A stretch of 62,771 nucleotides of DNA, filler included, from Globobulimina sp. (Eukaryota), in the NCBI GenBank assembly GCA_003354225.1. It is 43 parts of 43 records of this genome, joined end to end, with 100 filler letters (N's around TTAATTAATTAA, not from the genome) between each part and the next. Parts side by side here need not be neighbours in the genome. Positions count along the whole stretch, not along the records: positions 38,030 to 39,391 come from PIVH01017939.1; positions 39,492 to 40,853 come from PIVH01017940.1; positions 40,954 to 42,315 come from PIVH01017941.1; positions 42,416 to 43,777 come from PIVH01017942.1; positions 43,878 to 45,239 come from PIVH01017943.1; positions 45,340 to 46,700 come from PIVH01017944.1; positions 46,801 to 48,161 come from PIVH01017945.1; positions 48,262 to 49,622 come from PIVH01017946.1; 35 more parts are not named here. The stretch is one strand, 5' to 3'. Shown here piece by piece: positions 38,421-50,513 of the stretch. Position 1 is the stretch's first letter, and every line of letters begins with the position of its first letter. Under the pieces are notes generated by a model. That model had not been told where the DNA came from. It worked only from the letters and a program-made list of their open reading frames with translations, and did no database searches. Both the position numbers and the translations under genes were made by a program.

Positions 38421-38866
38421 ACTGTGTGTATTTATTACACGCATCTGGACGTCTGTGGAAAATATGCTTAAAGGAATTATTTCAGTGAAACATGGATTAA
38501 TTCGAAATTGTCCTATGTTTATGTTGTGAATGTTTGCGCATTTCTTGCATCTATTCAAAACTTTTAGAATTTTAAATTTATGCATTCGTAGCGCATGCTT
38601 AAAAATGAAATCCGATCACCACAGTGATGTCGCACTACTACCACATTTTTTCTTTTTATTTGTCAATTAAGGCCGAGATGTCGTTGCTATGTTGTTAGGA
38701 ATAGTTTATATGTCTTATGGTTGTCAATTGTTTGGGAGTGAATGGTGATTATATTCGACACTTTGATTGAAAAAATAATATTAAACCAACTATTGTTTGA
38801 GATATATACAATGTACATGTTAATTGCATTAGATAATATTTAGATTTGGTCTATTTTGGCGCGCTA

Positions 38867-39391
38867 TCATTGCAAAGTGACTTCTTTGTCATTACCACCT
38901 TCCTTTTGTTGAATATCTTGTTCAATAACCAATGGTACAGACGGTTCAATGTCTTCCTGTCCATGTTGTGGTACTGATTGATATCCTCCTTTATTATCTT
39001 CATTCATATCATTTTCTTGTCTATTATCTTCATTTGGTATTGACTGATATTCATATCCTCCTTCATCATAATAACAGCCACACCGACATAACCAACATAA
39101 TCCTAAACAAAATATGCATTGTAATGTATAGATTAAACAATTACAACATCTCCTATATGGTCCTGGAGGATGATGTCTGTATGCCGTTGGGAATGCTCTT
39201 GGTCCACCAATTCTAAATCTAAACCAACGTCTTGGTGGACCTCGGCCTCTTCCCCATCTTCCCCGTCCTCCTCTTCCTCTGCCTCTTCCTCCTCCCCACC
39301 CTCCTCTTCCTCCTCTTCCTCCTCTTCCTCCTCTTCCTCCTCTTCCTCCTCTTCCTCCTCTTCCTCCTCTTCCTCCTCTTCCTCCTCTTCC
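38867..39391 (-). CDS. RGG-repeat protein with Cys-rich hydrophobic segment and acidic tail, 5' truncated (absent from the ORF track)
   Basis: Continuous frame: (GRG)n..WGRGRGPPRRWFRFRIGGPRAFPTAYRHHPPGPYRRCCNCLIYTLQCIFCLGLCWLCRCGCYYDEGG..EVTLQ*. Confidence 0.7.
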   Translation of the reverse strand, partial: GRGGRGGRGGRGGRGGRGGRGGRGGRGGRGGWGGGRGRGRGGRGRWGRGRGPPRRWFRFRIGGPRAFPTAYRHHPPGPYRRCCNCLIYTLQCIFCLGLCWLCRCGCYYDEGGYEYQSIPNEDNRQENDMNEDNKGGYQSVPQHGQEDIEPSVPLVIEQDIQQKEGGNDKEVTLQ

Positions 39392-39491
39392 NNNNNNNNN
39401 NNNNNNNNNNNNNNNNNNNNNNNNNNNNNNNNNNNTTAATTAATTAANNNNNNNNNNNNNNNNNNNNNNNNNNNNNNNNNNNNNNNNNNNN

Positions 39492-39938
39492 GTACGCGTT
39501 GTTACGTAATTCGCTGCGAACGCGCGGTTTAATGGCTTCGATGTCGTGCTGCGTTTTATGTTTTAATTTGGATTCGTAATGTTTGGACATTCCAAGGGCC
39601 CATTCGTGTAATGCTTCGGCGGTATAATCTGGACCACGCTCTGAGCCGTCACCTAAAAAGGAGCCGTAAGCCATTAATCCGCGTAAATGGAAGACTTCCT
39701 CGCCGTGATTGATACTCTTACCGCTGATAACCACACTGCCATCAGGACCTACGAAATCACACAATGGTGGCACTTCATAATGAGCCACTTCACCGAAATA
39801 ACCAATGCCACCTACACAGATTGCTACAATTACGAGGAAATAAAATGCCCAGTAATTCTTATTCGATAATGTCGCGATCCAATTCGTTTTCGCTGGACGT
39901 AAAATCCATTCATCTTCGTTTGCTACTTCGCTTGCCAT
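39492..39938 (-). CDS. Quinol-type nitric oxide reductase (qNor/NorZ) family, NO-dismutase-like, N-terminal part
   Basis: N-terminal TM helix, then PPLCDFV..GEEVFHLRGLMAYGSFLGDGSERGPDYTAEALH..VRSELRNNAY. Confidence 0.88.
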
Positions 39939-40519
39939 AACTATATGGAATATGTAATTAGATATATATTTTTTTGTTACATTGCTATTATTTCGTGCAT
40001 TAATTGGAAAACGATGCTGTATGTATCAAATTCTGTATGTATCACATCTTTTTTTATTTTCGTCTTGCAATCAAACTAGCAATGTAAGCAATGTAACCAA
40101 TGTTAAAAAAGGACAGAACTGTTGACAGTATCGAAGGGATAATCGGGTGTAAACAAAGATTAGAAGGAAGGAATGAGAGGTAAGTTGGTTGGTTTTTTTT
40201 GTTGTTGATGTTTACTAACAGAAGTTAGAAAATTTCTAATACTTATATGGACTACGACCACTACGACATTGGCAATTACGCAGATAATCAATGTCAAGGT
40301 GTTTGTATTTCAGATAATCAATTGATTGATTGCATTCTGTTTAATTATGATACGTGCAATATCTATACAATAATATGTAACAACGTTTTCGCGCAAAACC
40401 GAAAGCAAATCTGACAGAAGGGATTTGGAGCAAATTAATTATTAATTAGATAAAATAACATAAGTTTATTTGTTGCTAATCGTAACGATGTGTTGTATGT
40501 CATTTTTGTCATCAACAAA

Positions 40520-40853
40520 TCACCTTTTTTTAGCAAAAAAAAATCTTCCTCTGCCCATTTGTCCGCTTCTTTTCAATATCCCCTCATTCACCATTTTATT
40601 CAAATTATTTCTAATCTCATTCCTCTTTAAATCATGATAATGTTGCACTAATTTTGAAATTACACATATTTTATTTTTTAATACATATTTTTTAAACTCA
40701 TTATATTCACTTTCATCACTTTCATCATCTTCCTCTTCCTCTTCCTGTTCCTCTTCCTGTTCCTCTTCCTCATCATTGCTGGATTCACTTAAATCCTCAT
40801 TCTCTTCCAATTCATATTGTTTTTCATTTTTATATTTCTCATTGTCCGTTCTC
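40520..40853 (-). CDS. Acidic low-complexity protein with C-terminal winged-helix-like domain, partial
   Basis: Poly-E tract followed by EIRNNLNKMVNEGIL. Confidence 0.55.
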
Positions 40854-41029
40854 NNNNNNNNNNNNNNNNNNNNNNNNNNNNNNNNNNNNNNNNNNNNTTA
40901 ATTAATTAANNNNNNNNNNNNNNNNNNNNNNNNNNNNNNNNNNNNNNNNNNNNAAATAAGCGTAAATAATGGAAAAAAAAAACAGAATTAAAAATAGTAA
41001 ACATTTAAAAGAGACAAATAATGAATCTG

Positions 41030-41593
41030 TTAATTGATATGAAGCATGCAACCATCGCTAATTGTTTCTGTCTCAGATTGCTGGACTGACATACAAATAG
41101 AATGTGAGGTCGGTGATTGCATTATGTCCTGATATAATATCCATGGCGTCGATGCATTGGATGTCTTGGACGGTGATGCATTGTTATTGCTGTATGGATT
41201 ACTCATTGATGTCCATGATGGAGAAGCTCCCGATTTATGGTCACAGGATAAATGCAAAGGGGACAAATGCAAAGGTGTTAGAATCAGCGGTGGCAAATTC
41301 TTTATATATATCCTCACCTTATCTATATTCAATGAGCGTGGCGAAGCGGAGGGCGATGGCAATATAATAGGATATACTGCGGAGAGCGGAGAACACGGAG
41401 AAGCTGACGGCGATGCGATTGCAATGGCAAAGGGCTTCTTATTATTCAGCTTACTTTTTGCAGGTAGTTTGTGAATAGGTTTGTTGTTTCTGCTGCTCAG
41501 TTTGGTTTTGGTGAGGTTCATTTTGGATTTGTATGACAATGGTTGTGGTAATGTAGCAAGTTCATTTTTTAAAAGGTCCAGTTTGTTCCCCAT
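41030..41593 (-). CDS. Ser/Pro-rich hypothetical protein
   Basis: ORF from MGNKL (possible myristoylation) with repeated SPSASP. Confidence 0.5.
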   Translation of the reverse strand: MGNKLDLLKNELATLPQPLSYKSKMNLTKTKLSSRNNKPIHKLPAKSKLNNKKPFAIAIASPSASPCSPLSAVYPIILPSPSASPRSLNIDKVRIYIKNLPPLILTPLHLSPLHLSCDHKSGASPSWTSMSNPYSNNNASPSKTSNASTPWILYQDIMQSPTSHSICMSVQQSETETISDGCMLHIN

Positions 41594-41679
41594 GCTCTGA
41601 TTGTAAGTAAGTTGTATGACTGACAAAAAAAAACTGTATATTTAATAGTATTTAAAATTTCTTCAAAACTAATTAAGTG

Positions 41680-42315
41680 TCAAACGTTAACATCAGTGCA
41701 ATGCCAATCGAATTTAAGACTTGTCTTTGATAATTTATTAGTATTTTTGCAAATATAATTCTGAATCGGCGGTTCTTTGGTCAATCGAATGCATGGAAAT
41801 TTCCCTTTGGTTTCGCCATTCATGATATCCATTAATTGTTTCCCATCAAATAAATCGTAATCCTTTGAATTGGTAAAAGTACCGAGCGTGATATGGAACG
41901 ATTGCTGATTTATCTCTCTTTTAAACGTCAAATCGACATTGAATTTATTCTCTTGTATTTCCTCTGTTTTATGGATTAATTTAAACATCATTTCTTGTGA
42001 TTTTTTATCTAAATATAAATTATAAGTAACACCGCCCAAATAATTGTCATTCATACAAAGGATTGAATCGAAGCACACTTTGACATCACCCCATGATTTA
42101 TATCCATATTCTTGCAAAATAGCATCATATTCCTCAGTATTGTCTGTATTGACAATGTTGTCCCATTCATCATGGATGGTTTTAACTTCTTTTTCAGTCT
42201 GACATGACGTATATAAATAGGTCAAATGCAATCCATCGCTCCTTTTTATTCTCTTTATGTCCGCATTGTAATCCGTACCATTCTCGATCCTATGTTTCAA
42301 TCTATTAAACGTATC
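41680..42315 (-). CDS. 2H phosphoesterase-family protein, partial
   Basis: Two Hx(T/S) motifs, LHLTY and FHITL, about 110 aa apart. Confidence 0.65.
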   Translation of the reverse strand, partial: DTFNRLKHRIENGTDYNADIKRIKRSDGLHLTYLYTSCQTEKEVKTIHDEWDNIVNTDNTEEYDAILQEYGYKSWGDVKVCFDSILCMNDNYLGGVTYNLYLDKKSQEMMFKLIHKTEEIQENKFNVDLTFKREINQQSFHITLGTFTNSKDYDLFDGKQLMDIMNGETKGKFPCIRLTKEPPIQNYICKNTNKLSKTSLKFDWHCTDVNV

Positions 42316-42415
42316 NNNNNNNNNNNNNNNNNNNNNNNNNNNNNNNNNNNNNNNNNNNNTTAATTAATTAANNNNNNNNNNNNNNNNNNNNNNNNNNNNN
42401 NNNNNNNNNNNNNNN

Positions 42416-43777
42416 GATGAGGAGAACAACGAATTGGTTGAAGAATACGACACAGAGCTGCACACTATGCAGACGGAGTGCCAGAGTCAAGTGGAAAAGC
42501 TACGCAATGACAATGTGACCATGGCGCGCGACGTAGAAGTATTAACCAACGGCATCAACGAACAAAAGCAGCAAATCGACGAATTGGAGTTGGAGTTAAA
42601 GGAAGTTTCTGAGAATTTGGAGCATCGCGAATTGGATTGGAACGGCCACCAAGAAATCTGTCCATTGCTGAACGCAGAGCTCAGCAAAGAGTTAGCTCGC
42701 AAACGCAAAGAGGAAATCAATGCATTGAAGTCCGGTTCGCAGCAATTGGACGCCTCTTTGGGCAAAATGTTGACTGAGAACAAGGAGATGGAGGACAGCA
42801 TCAAGTTGCTGAACGAGAGGATTGTGACTAAAGACTCGCAGATTGAACACCGCAATGTGGAGATTGATAAATTGCGCGCCGAGTTGGAGGAAATCAAAGG
42901 CGCATATAACAAGAATATGGGCGCCGTGGACGAGTTGCGAGCGAGAGCCGATGACGAACAACGACAACGCGTCGAATTGGAGCAGGAACTGCAGAAATTG
43001 GGCAATGAATTTGATATGTTAATGGCTTACAGCAATGAACAATCGCAGGTGTTGGATATGGCTGAATTTGCACCCACTGGTATTTTTTTATTATTTTTTT
43101 TTACGATGCAACCAATCAAAAAATGAAAATATTTTTTTCAAGCCTTGGATTATCAGTTTGCAACCAATCGAAAATTATCACATATTTTTTTCTTGATTTT
43201 TATAGTTCGCAACCAATCAAAAACTGTTTTTCAAGCTTGTATTCTAAAATAAATTCACGTGCATAAAAAAAAAAGGTGTGGATCCGGACAAGTTCCAGGC
43301 AGTCAAGAATAAGAGCAAATTGTTTGCGAACCGGCCCAATGCGCGGAGTTTCGTGCAATCGATGGGCGGATTTAGCGAGTTTGCAAACCATATGCGTACC
43401 ATTAGCGATATGAGCGATGCGCTGCGATCCGGAGCGGCCATATTTGCGCAAGATATGAAAATGGCGGATTCTGCCACCACAGCCAGCGAGTACTCGTATG
43501 CGAGCAGCACGGACATTGGCAGCATAGCTACGAATTTCACGCGTTATTCCTTTCGTAGGTACCATACACATGACGCGGGCCGCGAGTTTTTCTTCTTGCT
43601 GTGTTTGTGCGTAAAGTTGTCGTTGGCTCATAAGTACGGGGTGTCGCCCGATGTGGCGCCGAACAACGAAAATCTATGGAAACAGGCGCTGTCAAACGAT
43701 ATAAAGTTCCATGAATACTATGATTTTTTGTATAATGAGTTGACCAATTTGTATGAGTATAAGTTTAAGACTTCGCA
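42416..43777 (+). CDS. Long coiled-coil protein, spliced, partial
   Basis: Heptad-rich exon up to about 43079, an AT-rich intron, then a second exon at about 43276-43777. Confidence 0.7.
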
Positions 43778-43877
43778 NNNNNNNNNNNNNNNNNNNNNNN
43801 NNNNNNNNNNNNNNNNNNNNNTTAATTAATTAANNNNNNNNNNNNNNNNNNNNNNNNNNNNNNNNNNNNNNNNNNNN

Positions 43878-44446
43878 AATTTTGTATGATCAATTAACTG
43901 TAGATAGTGTTCGACATATTTCTCTATATTTTGCACAGAATAACCATTCTCGACATCATCTTCAAACGATCGTTTGTTGTCAATTGAATAATATAATAAA
44001 ATAACATTGGATGAATGATTAATAACATCGCCAATACGTTCATCCATTTCAGATTGGGATAAAACATCATCAAATCCTTTTAAATCAAAATAACTTATTC
44101 GCAATGTGTCATTGTCAGAATATTGATAATTCATTTGATGCTGTTCCCATTGCAATAAATCATTATCTTCCGGTTCATCATCGTATTCATTATAAAATAA
44201 TCTTAACATTAAAGACGAGTTACCTGATTCTGCATGACCTAAGGCAACAATTCGCAGATCAGCAGAATCGGGATCTCCTAGGTCTATGCCCTGTGAATGT
44301 CGAACGTCTGGATCAATTTTTAGTACATTTTCAGTATTTTGTAGTACACGATCAAAATCACCATGTGCATTTGTTGGGTGATTTGCTCTATAATTTGCGA
44401 TTTGTTTTAACGAACCATCGTAACTATAACTTTTAAACATTTTCAC
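43878..44446 (-). CDS. Ras-superfamily-like protein with degenerate P-loop, partial
   Basis: LRIVALGHAESGNSSLMLRL, YFDLKG, ILLYYSIDNKRSFE. Confidence 0.7.
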
Positions 44447-44590
44447 GATATTTTTTGCTTGTTTTTAATCTTATTCTTACAAATCATGTCAACTTCAGAA
44501 CAGAAACAGGTTTGTGATTGTACGGTATTTACATAACTGAAGAAACAAAAATACAAAATACAGGAAGAAGAACGTCGAGCGCGTTTTTTA

Positions 44591-44971
44591 TTGAATATTG
44601 GTTCTTTCTGTCAAGTATATTCGCGATCGAATAAAAGATGGTATGACGGTAAAGTAAAAAAGATATTCGTAGATTATGAAACCAATCAGGAATGGATGAT
44701 AGTCAAATATGGCTCCAATAAAACAAAAAAAATGCAACGATTTTGTAGAGATTTGAAAGCTATATTGGCTCAAAACAATGCTCATTATCTTGATGAAAAT
44801 ATGAGCGATTTGTCTGATCTAGAAACAGATGAAAGAAAAACACCAAACAGACAAAAGCAAACAAATACTTCTTCAAAGCATCCAAAAGTTTTTGTTGACG
44901 CAAAGGACTGCATTGGGGATGATATGGATAATTCTACTCTCGACCATATGATTACACTGCAATTCAAATGA
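44591..44971 (+). CDS. Small Tudor/Agenet-like domain protein
   Basis: GSFCQVYSRSNKRWYDGKV..WMIVKY. Confidence 0.5.
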   Translation: MNIGSFCQVYSRSNKRWYDGKVKKIFVDYETNQEWMIVKYGSNKTKKMQRFCRDLKAILAQNNAHYLDENMSDLSDLETDERKTPNRQKQTNTSSKHPKVFVDAKDCIGDDMDNSTLDHMITLQFK

Positions 44972-45339
44972 TGGTTTTCTGCGTTGTGTGGAAATGCTTT
45001 GTCAAACGTTTTTGAGTGAAGTGTTTATATATATTCTAGACTGTATTCAGCCACAGTTTCATTTTGGCTCTTTCTGGGTAGACTGAAAACTCGTCATGTT
45101 TCAGTTGGGAAAGTGTTGACGGTATACAGTTGACTTTTTAGGCTTAAACTTCTAAACACTTCTTTTGTGATTGGCAAGGTTTTTGGGTTAGCTAGAGTGG
45201 TTTTGAACTTTGAATACTAGGATTCGAAACCTAGGTCAANNNNNNNNNNNNNNNNNNNNNNNNNNNNNNNNNNNNNNNNNNNNTTAATTAATTAANNNNN
45301 NNNNNNNNNNNNNNNNNNNNNNNNNNNNNNNNNNNNNNN

Positions 45340-46700
45340 TCATATTCTTGCAATTGTATGCTATTCCAGATATGATTGATGCTGTTCCACAATCTATGTA
45401 TGATCCGATCATGTAAGCGTGGTTTCTTATGCTTGACATCACGATAAGTCAACGCGCACGTTTCGCATAAATTATATCCATGTTTCCAATACAAACAATT
45501 CTCTGTATTCTTACAGTAATAGGTCTCCACACCTTTTTCATACGATTTACTGCAACATCTGCAGATAAAGGCATTATCACAGGAACCATGCTTAAACCAG
45601 GAACCACATAAACATAACGGTAAATATGGCTTAATCAACGAACATATCTCCTGTAAACGTAGCAAGGAAATGTATGAAACTGTGTGCACTGCCTACATTT
45701 TGACATGCACAGTCACTCAAAAAACCTTAAGTCACTTAACCGGTCATGTCACCCTTGAAAATCATGTTTGCTTTGCAGTTTGCACACAGCTTTCATACAC
45801 GTTTCACATACCTGTAATTTACTATTCATCTCGCTCAAATAGCCCACACTCAGCCACTTGACCAGCGGATCGTACTGCATCTCAAAATTATCCACCCTCT
45901 TCGCCATATCATCCTTGTGCTGTTCCTCCCGCTTCGCATTACTCACATCCAAATACAATATCTTCAACGAAGCGCGTAATCTATTCACAATCCGTAAGAT
46001 ATTATCCCCGCCATTCCTGCCCATAACATCATCTCCACGCAGTTCCATCGCGCACTCTTCACACAAATCGTAGCCAAACTGGTGATATTCGCACTCTTTA
46101 TGCACCTCACAATGGTACAAATACGTATCTTTGCTGTACGTCTTAAAGCACCTATTGCACCAATAATTATTCCCATAACATTCCGAGGCTTTGCGTCGAA
46201 ACAGCTCCTCCCCGCAGATACAGGTCGTAATCCTCTCGCCAGTCTCGCAATTAATGCCGTCCCTTATCACCTGCAGCCTACTCAGCTGATTATCGATATC
46301 CACATCGCTTTCCTGGCCATGCCGCTTCATCTTCAATAACTGCCGTCGAAATTCGGTCACATTGGCGTTCAATTTCTTGTACTCGCGCACCAAATGCACG
46401 CTATGCAACGCGTTGGAGATCTCCGTAATGGACTCATTGGTCTGCTTCAGCGTCCGCTGCACCGCGTTTTTTTTCACGATCTCGAACTCGGACGTGATTG
46501 TATTGAATTGTCCGCTGTGCAGATGTTCTTTGGTTTTGTTCAAACACGAACTGAATTGGTTGCAGCGCGATATCCAATCGTTCCAATGCTCGTTCCATTG
46601 CGTCTTGTCGTCGTTTTTGTGGCCGTGCGTGGCAATCATGTCCTGCGTGGCGGACTGCTCCAGGATTTGGATGGATTGCTGCAGCCGTTGCTCGATGCGG
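45340..46700 (-). CDS. Coiled-coil protein with two ZZ-like Cys-rich domains, spliced, partial
   Basis: CICG..CNRC..YHC..GYDLCEEC and CLCG..CRCC..YYC..GYNLCETC. Confidence 0.7.
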
Positions 46701-47046
46701 NNNNNNNNNNNNNNNNNNNNNNNNNNNNNNNNNNNNNNNNNNNNTTAATTAATTAANNNNNNNNNNNNNNNNNNNNNNNNNNNNNNNNNNNNNNNNNNNN
46801 TTTATGAAAGCAGGAAATAAATGTAATGAAGTATTGATGCACAAATTTATGTGTTGTATGATTTATATTTTATATGTGTTTTTGTTTGATGTGACAATAA
46901 ATAGAACTCGACCTCATTTATGCAAACTTTGGATGAAAAATCAAAAAACTTGTGTGAGAAAAATTAGTGAACTGTGAAAAACAATCCGTTAATTGTTTGA
47001 CTAACGTTTACATTAACACTCATTGAATTTATTCAATCGATTAAAA

Positions 47047-48161
47047 ATGGCATTGGATATTTACGATCAAAATACAACAGCATGGCTTGTATGTTTTCCA
47101 CTGTTACATCTGTCATTATCACGGCGTGCGTAAACGCATCTGTCCATTAACAAACACAACAACACAGAGTACGACAGGCAGTCAGATATTTTTTATGCAA
47201 TTAGGTATCTCTTCATCTTAACCAGAAACGCAAAATCACAAACATTTAAAAAAGGATTCTTATGTTACGAGGTCGGGTTTGTTAAACCTGTCTGGACTCA
47301 ATCAGTTATTCTCAAAAACATCGAGGATACATTTGTAGTTACGTACACATAAAATTTTTCACATATCCATATTTTTTACATACCCATACGTACAGTATCT
47401 GAATTAGCACACATATACATATATACATACACATTATATACAGGGAGTTCTTACATTTTTAGCATTAGGTTTTACACTTTCAGAGTCTGATCAATCATTT
47501 TATGGCATAATCTCCCTTCCAAAGAATCCGTTATTGATTGGTATCCCGGCAAAAGACCATGACCAAATATTAATATCTGTTGAGTTTCCATACATTCAGA
47601 TTCTCCGCATAGTCCATATACAAAAACAACTCTGTTCTTATATACTCATTTCAGGCCTTCTTTGCCTCGACCTGTGCGAGTTTAGTACATATATTTCATG
47701 CATGGTCAGCAACATAAAAACGCGTTTTTGTCAGCAATAATTAGTGGCGCGGTCTTGGAGCGAATGAAGAACAAAGCCTACATTTTGTGGTGTTTACTCA
47801 TCATATTAGTAAATTATTCGTTCGTTTCCCATTGGGTTTGGAATAAAAGTTAAGCGCAGAATACATTCCATACATTCCACACTCAACACAACAAACCCAC
47901 AAAATATAAAGAGGGCTGGTTAAATGAATTAGGTTTCGTAGATGGCGCCGGTTCCGTCGTCGTGCATACCACTGCCGGTATGGCTGCCTTTGTGGCGGTG
48001 TGGAGATTGGGGCCACGGCGCGAGTCCATCACCACTGACAATTCGGATATAAAAGAGAACGAGGAAGAGAGTGGAAACACCGCCAAATTGCCGCCCGTGG
48101 AACATGCAGCGCGACCAATCATAAATGCCATTGGCGCTTTTTTTTTGTGGTACGGCTGGTT
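47047..48161 (+). CDS. amt: Ammonium transporter (Amt), multi-intron, 3' truncated
   Basis: IFFMQLG, IISGAVLER, SHWVW, GWLNELGFVDGAGSVVVH, LGPRR and GAFFLWYGW, spread over about seven short exons. Confidence 0.92.
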
Positions 48162-48261
48162 NNNNNNNNNNNNNNNNNNNNNNNNNNNNNNNNNNNNNNN
48201 NNNNNTTAATTAATTAANNNNNNNNNNNNNNNNNNNNNNNNNNNNNNNNNNNNNNNNNNNN

Positions 48262-49443
48262 AGCCCTTAATCCGTACTTTGCACCAGATTTGATATTTTG
48301 TATTGTATACGATTCATTAATATTATTTACTTGAAATATATTTTCTTCCCATTGCAATTTAACATCATCATCAAAATTACCATCACCTTCACATAACTCA
48401 ACTTGTAAAGTCTTAATCGCATCACTCACCTCACCATAATCTGCAGTAATTTTTATATTATCACTTAAGATTTCATTCATTGTTATTTTGGGTGGATTTG
48501 GTGTCCCAATATCAATGATCCCAACCTCTGATATAAACTAATTAAATTTTCAACTTGGTACTGTATGAAAGATATAAAAAATAATAAGTTCTTAACTTTT
48601 ATGGCTGCATCTTTATTAACTTTAAGTGAGATAAATATATTTTGATCTAACATGGTTTGCGAGGCTGGATTTGTCGGAAATGATTGATGATTAACGATAT
48701 CATTCCCATTTGCAACAATTTGTTCTTTTCTGTCACTTTTATCCATTTGCCAATTCATTAATAACTCTGTATTTTTGCTTTGAAATCTTTTAATTTTATT
48801 ATTGCATTCTGTGATTTTCTGTTTTGCTGAAAGTAATGTATTTTTCTTCTCCGCACAAATATGTTGTAATTCTGCTCGTAATTCACTTCGATGCGCATCC
48901 AATGCCTGCTGTAACTCACTGAACACACTATTTATTTCATTGTAACATAATTTCTCTTTATCCGCGACAGACTCTATCAAAGTATCAATTTTTTCATTTA
49001 ACATCTTATTTATTTTGCGTTGGGTATTGACTTTGTTAATAATTTCTTCCTCCTCCTTTGATAACGTCGCAACAATTAATTTTGGCATTGTATTGTCGTC
49101 ATTGATGCCATTATTATCAGTGTTATTTTGCTGACCATAGCGGGCAGGAAATGTTTGCAATGCTTTTATAAATCGTTTTTGCAATAAACCACTAACTTTA
49201 AAATCTTTACAAAATTGGCTGTATAAAATGCATGCATGAGTTATGTGCTTTAAATATATAAAAATTTAACATGTAAACAGACATTGCTTCATTTGTATTC
49301 AAAGCAAAATCTAATAGTTCCTCTGCATTTATTTCTGCTTCAGCAAGCAATTTATTTTCCAATTTAGAGAGTCTATTCTCTTTAAGCCATTGTTTCAAGA
49401 AAGATTCGCCACTTCCTTCTGCAGTATCTGCGACTGAGGCCAT
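48262..49443 (-). CDS. SAM-like + coiled-coil (BBC-like) + fibronectin type III protein, spliced, partial
   Basis: FLKQWLKENRL..RFIKAL, then a coiled coil, then SYTIQNIKSGAKYGLRA (FN3). Confidence 0.6.
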
Positions 49444-49722
49444 TGTTATTTTGTAGTTGCTAGAGCTTTTTAGATTATTGTGTTTTTGACTTACCTGTTC
49501 AGATACACAGTTGTGAAGTTTTGGAAATGTTCAGAACTTCGTTTTTTTTTAATTGTTTCGAGATGTCATACACAGATCTCAAACCAACGCTATAATCCAG
49601 TCCTCCTATCACCTATGAACTCNNNNNNNNNNNNNNNNNNNNNNNNNNNNNNNNNNNNNNNNNNNNTTAATTAATTAANNNNNNNNNNNNNNNNNNNNNN
49701 NNNNNNNNNNNNNNNNNNNNNN

Positions 49723-50257
49723 TAGAGACCCATTGAGCTAATTTAATGAATGTAGAACCGCCATTTGCTACGCTCGAACGCAGCAAATTTAGCCAATATT
49801 CTTGAATACCAAATACATTGTAATAGGCAAAGGGGGCTAAGAATAAAACTGGCGTGAAATTGTACATTAAAAACATCCATCGCGTAAAATATAACCATAG
49901 CCATACAAACACATTGTGGTCGGGAACTGTTATGGTTTTAATAAGGTGCGCTATGGCTTCTTCATCTAATCGTTTCTGTTCTGCTTCGACTTGTATTACA
50001 TCGTCGGGTTCTATGTTAATATTGGTAGAAACACTTGATTTTGATCGATTTGATAATGCGATGCCCACTCCAGATAATGATATTAGTAATGTATATTTCT
50101 TCCAAGATTTCTTGAAATGTGAACGGTGCATATTTATGCGCGATTTGCACACATTCAGATGCATCGATTGATGACGGCACTTATAGCAGTTGTGCCTGAT
50201 GAAATTGTTGAATGGTCTCAGGATATTTGGGTTATGCAGTTGGCGAAAAGATGCCAT
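49723..50257 (-). CDS. ABC1/UbiB (ADCK2-like) atypical kinase N-terminus with mitochondrial presequence, partial
   Basis: WLNLLRSSVANGGSTFIKLAQWVS. Confidence 0.8.
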
Positions 50258-50513
50258 GTTAAGAATATTTAAAAGATGCCACAAAAGTTAGATTAAAAAC
50301 AGCTTAATATTACTGGTTTTTTGTTTGGTGTTTGTTTCTAGAAAGGGTATAAAGTTCGACGTTTCGACAAGTACTGTCTTCGTCAGGAATTGAATTTAAA
50401 AGAAAAAAAGTTTTGTGAGAAAAAATGGAGAAAGTAAAAAGTATACAAAATACACACACAATACAACAAAGCAAAAGTCAAGCAAAATGACGAAAGAACC
50501 AGTGTGGTCATCC

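Noticed and set aside
39170-39447. Poly-Ser and LFL-repeat ORFs on the + strand
   Set aside because: Shadow frames of the minus-strand RGG ORF.
39492-48161. Nor + Amt (+ SulP, MCO) as a nitrogen-metabolism gene cluster
   Set aside because: They lie on separate size-sorted contigs, so adjacency is arbitrary.
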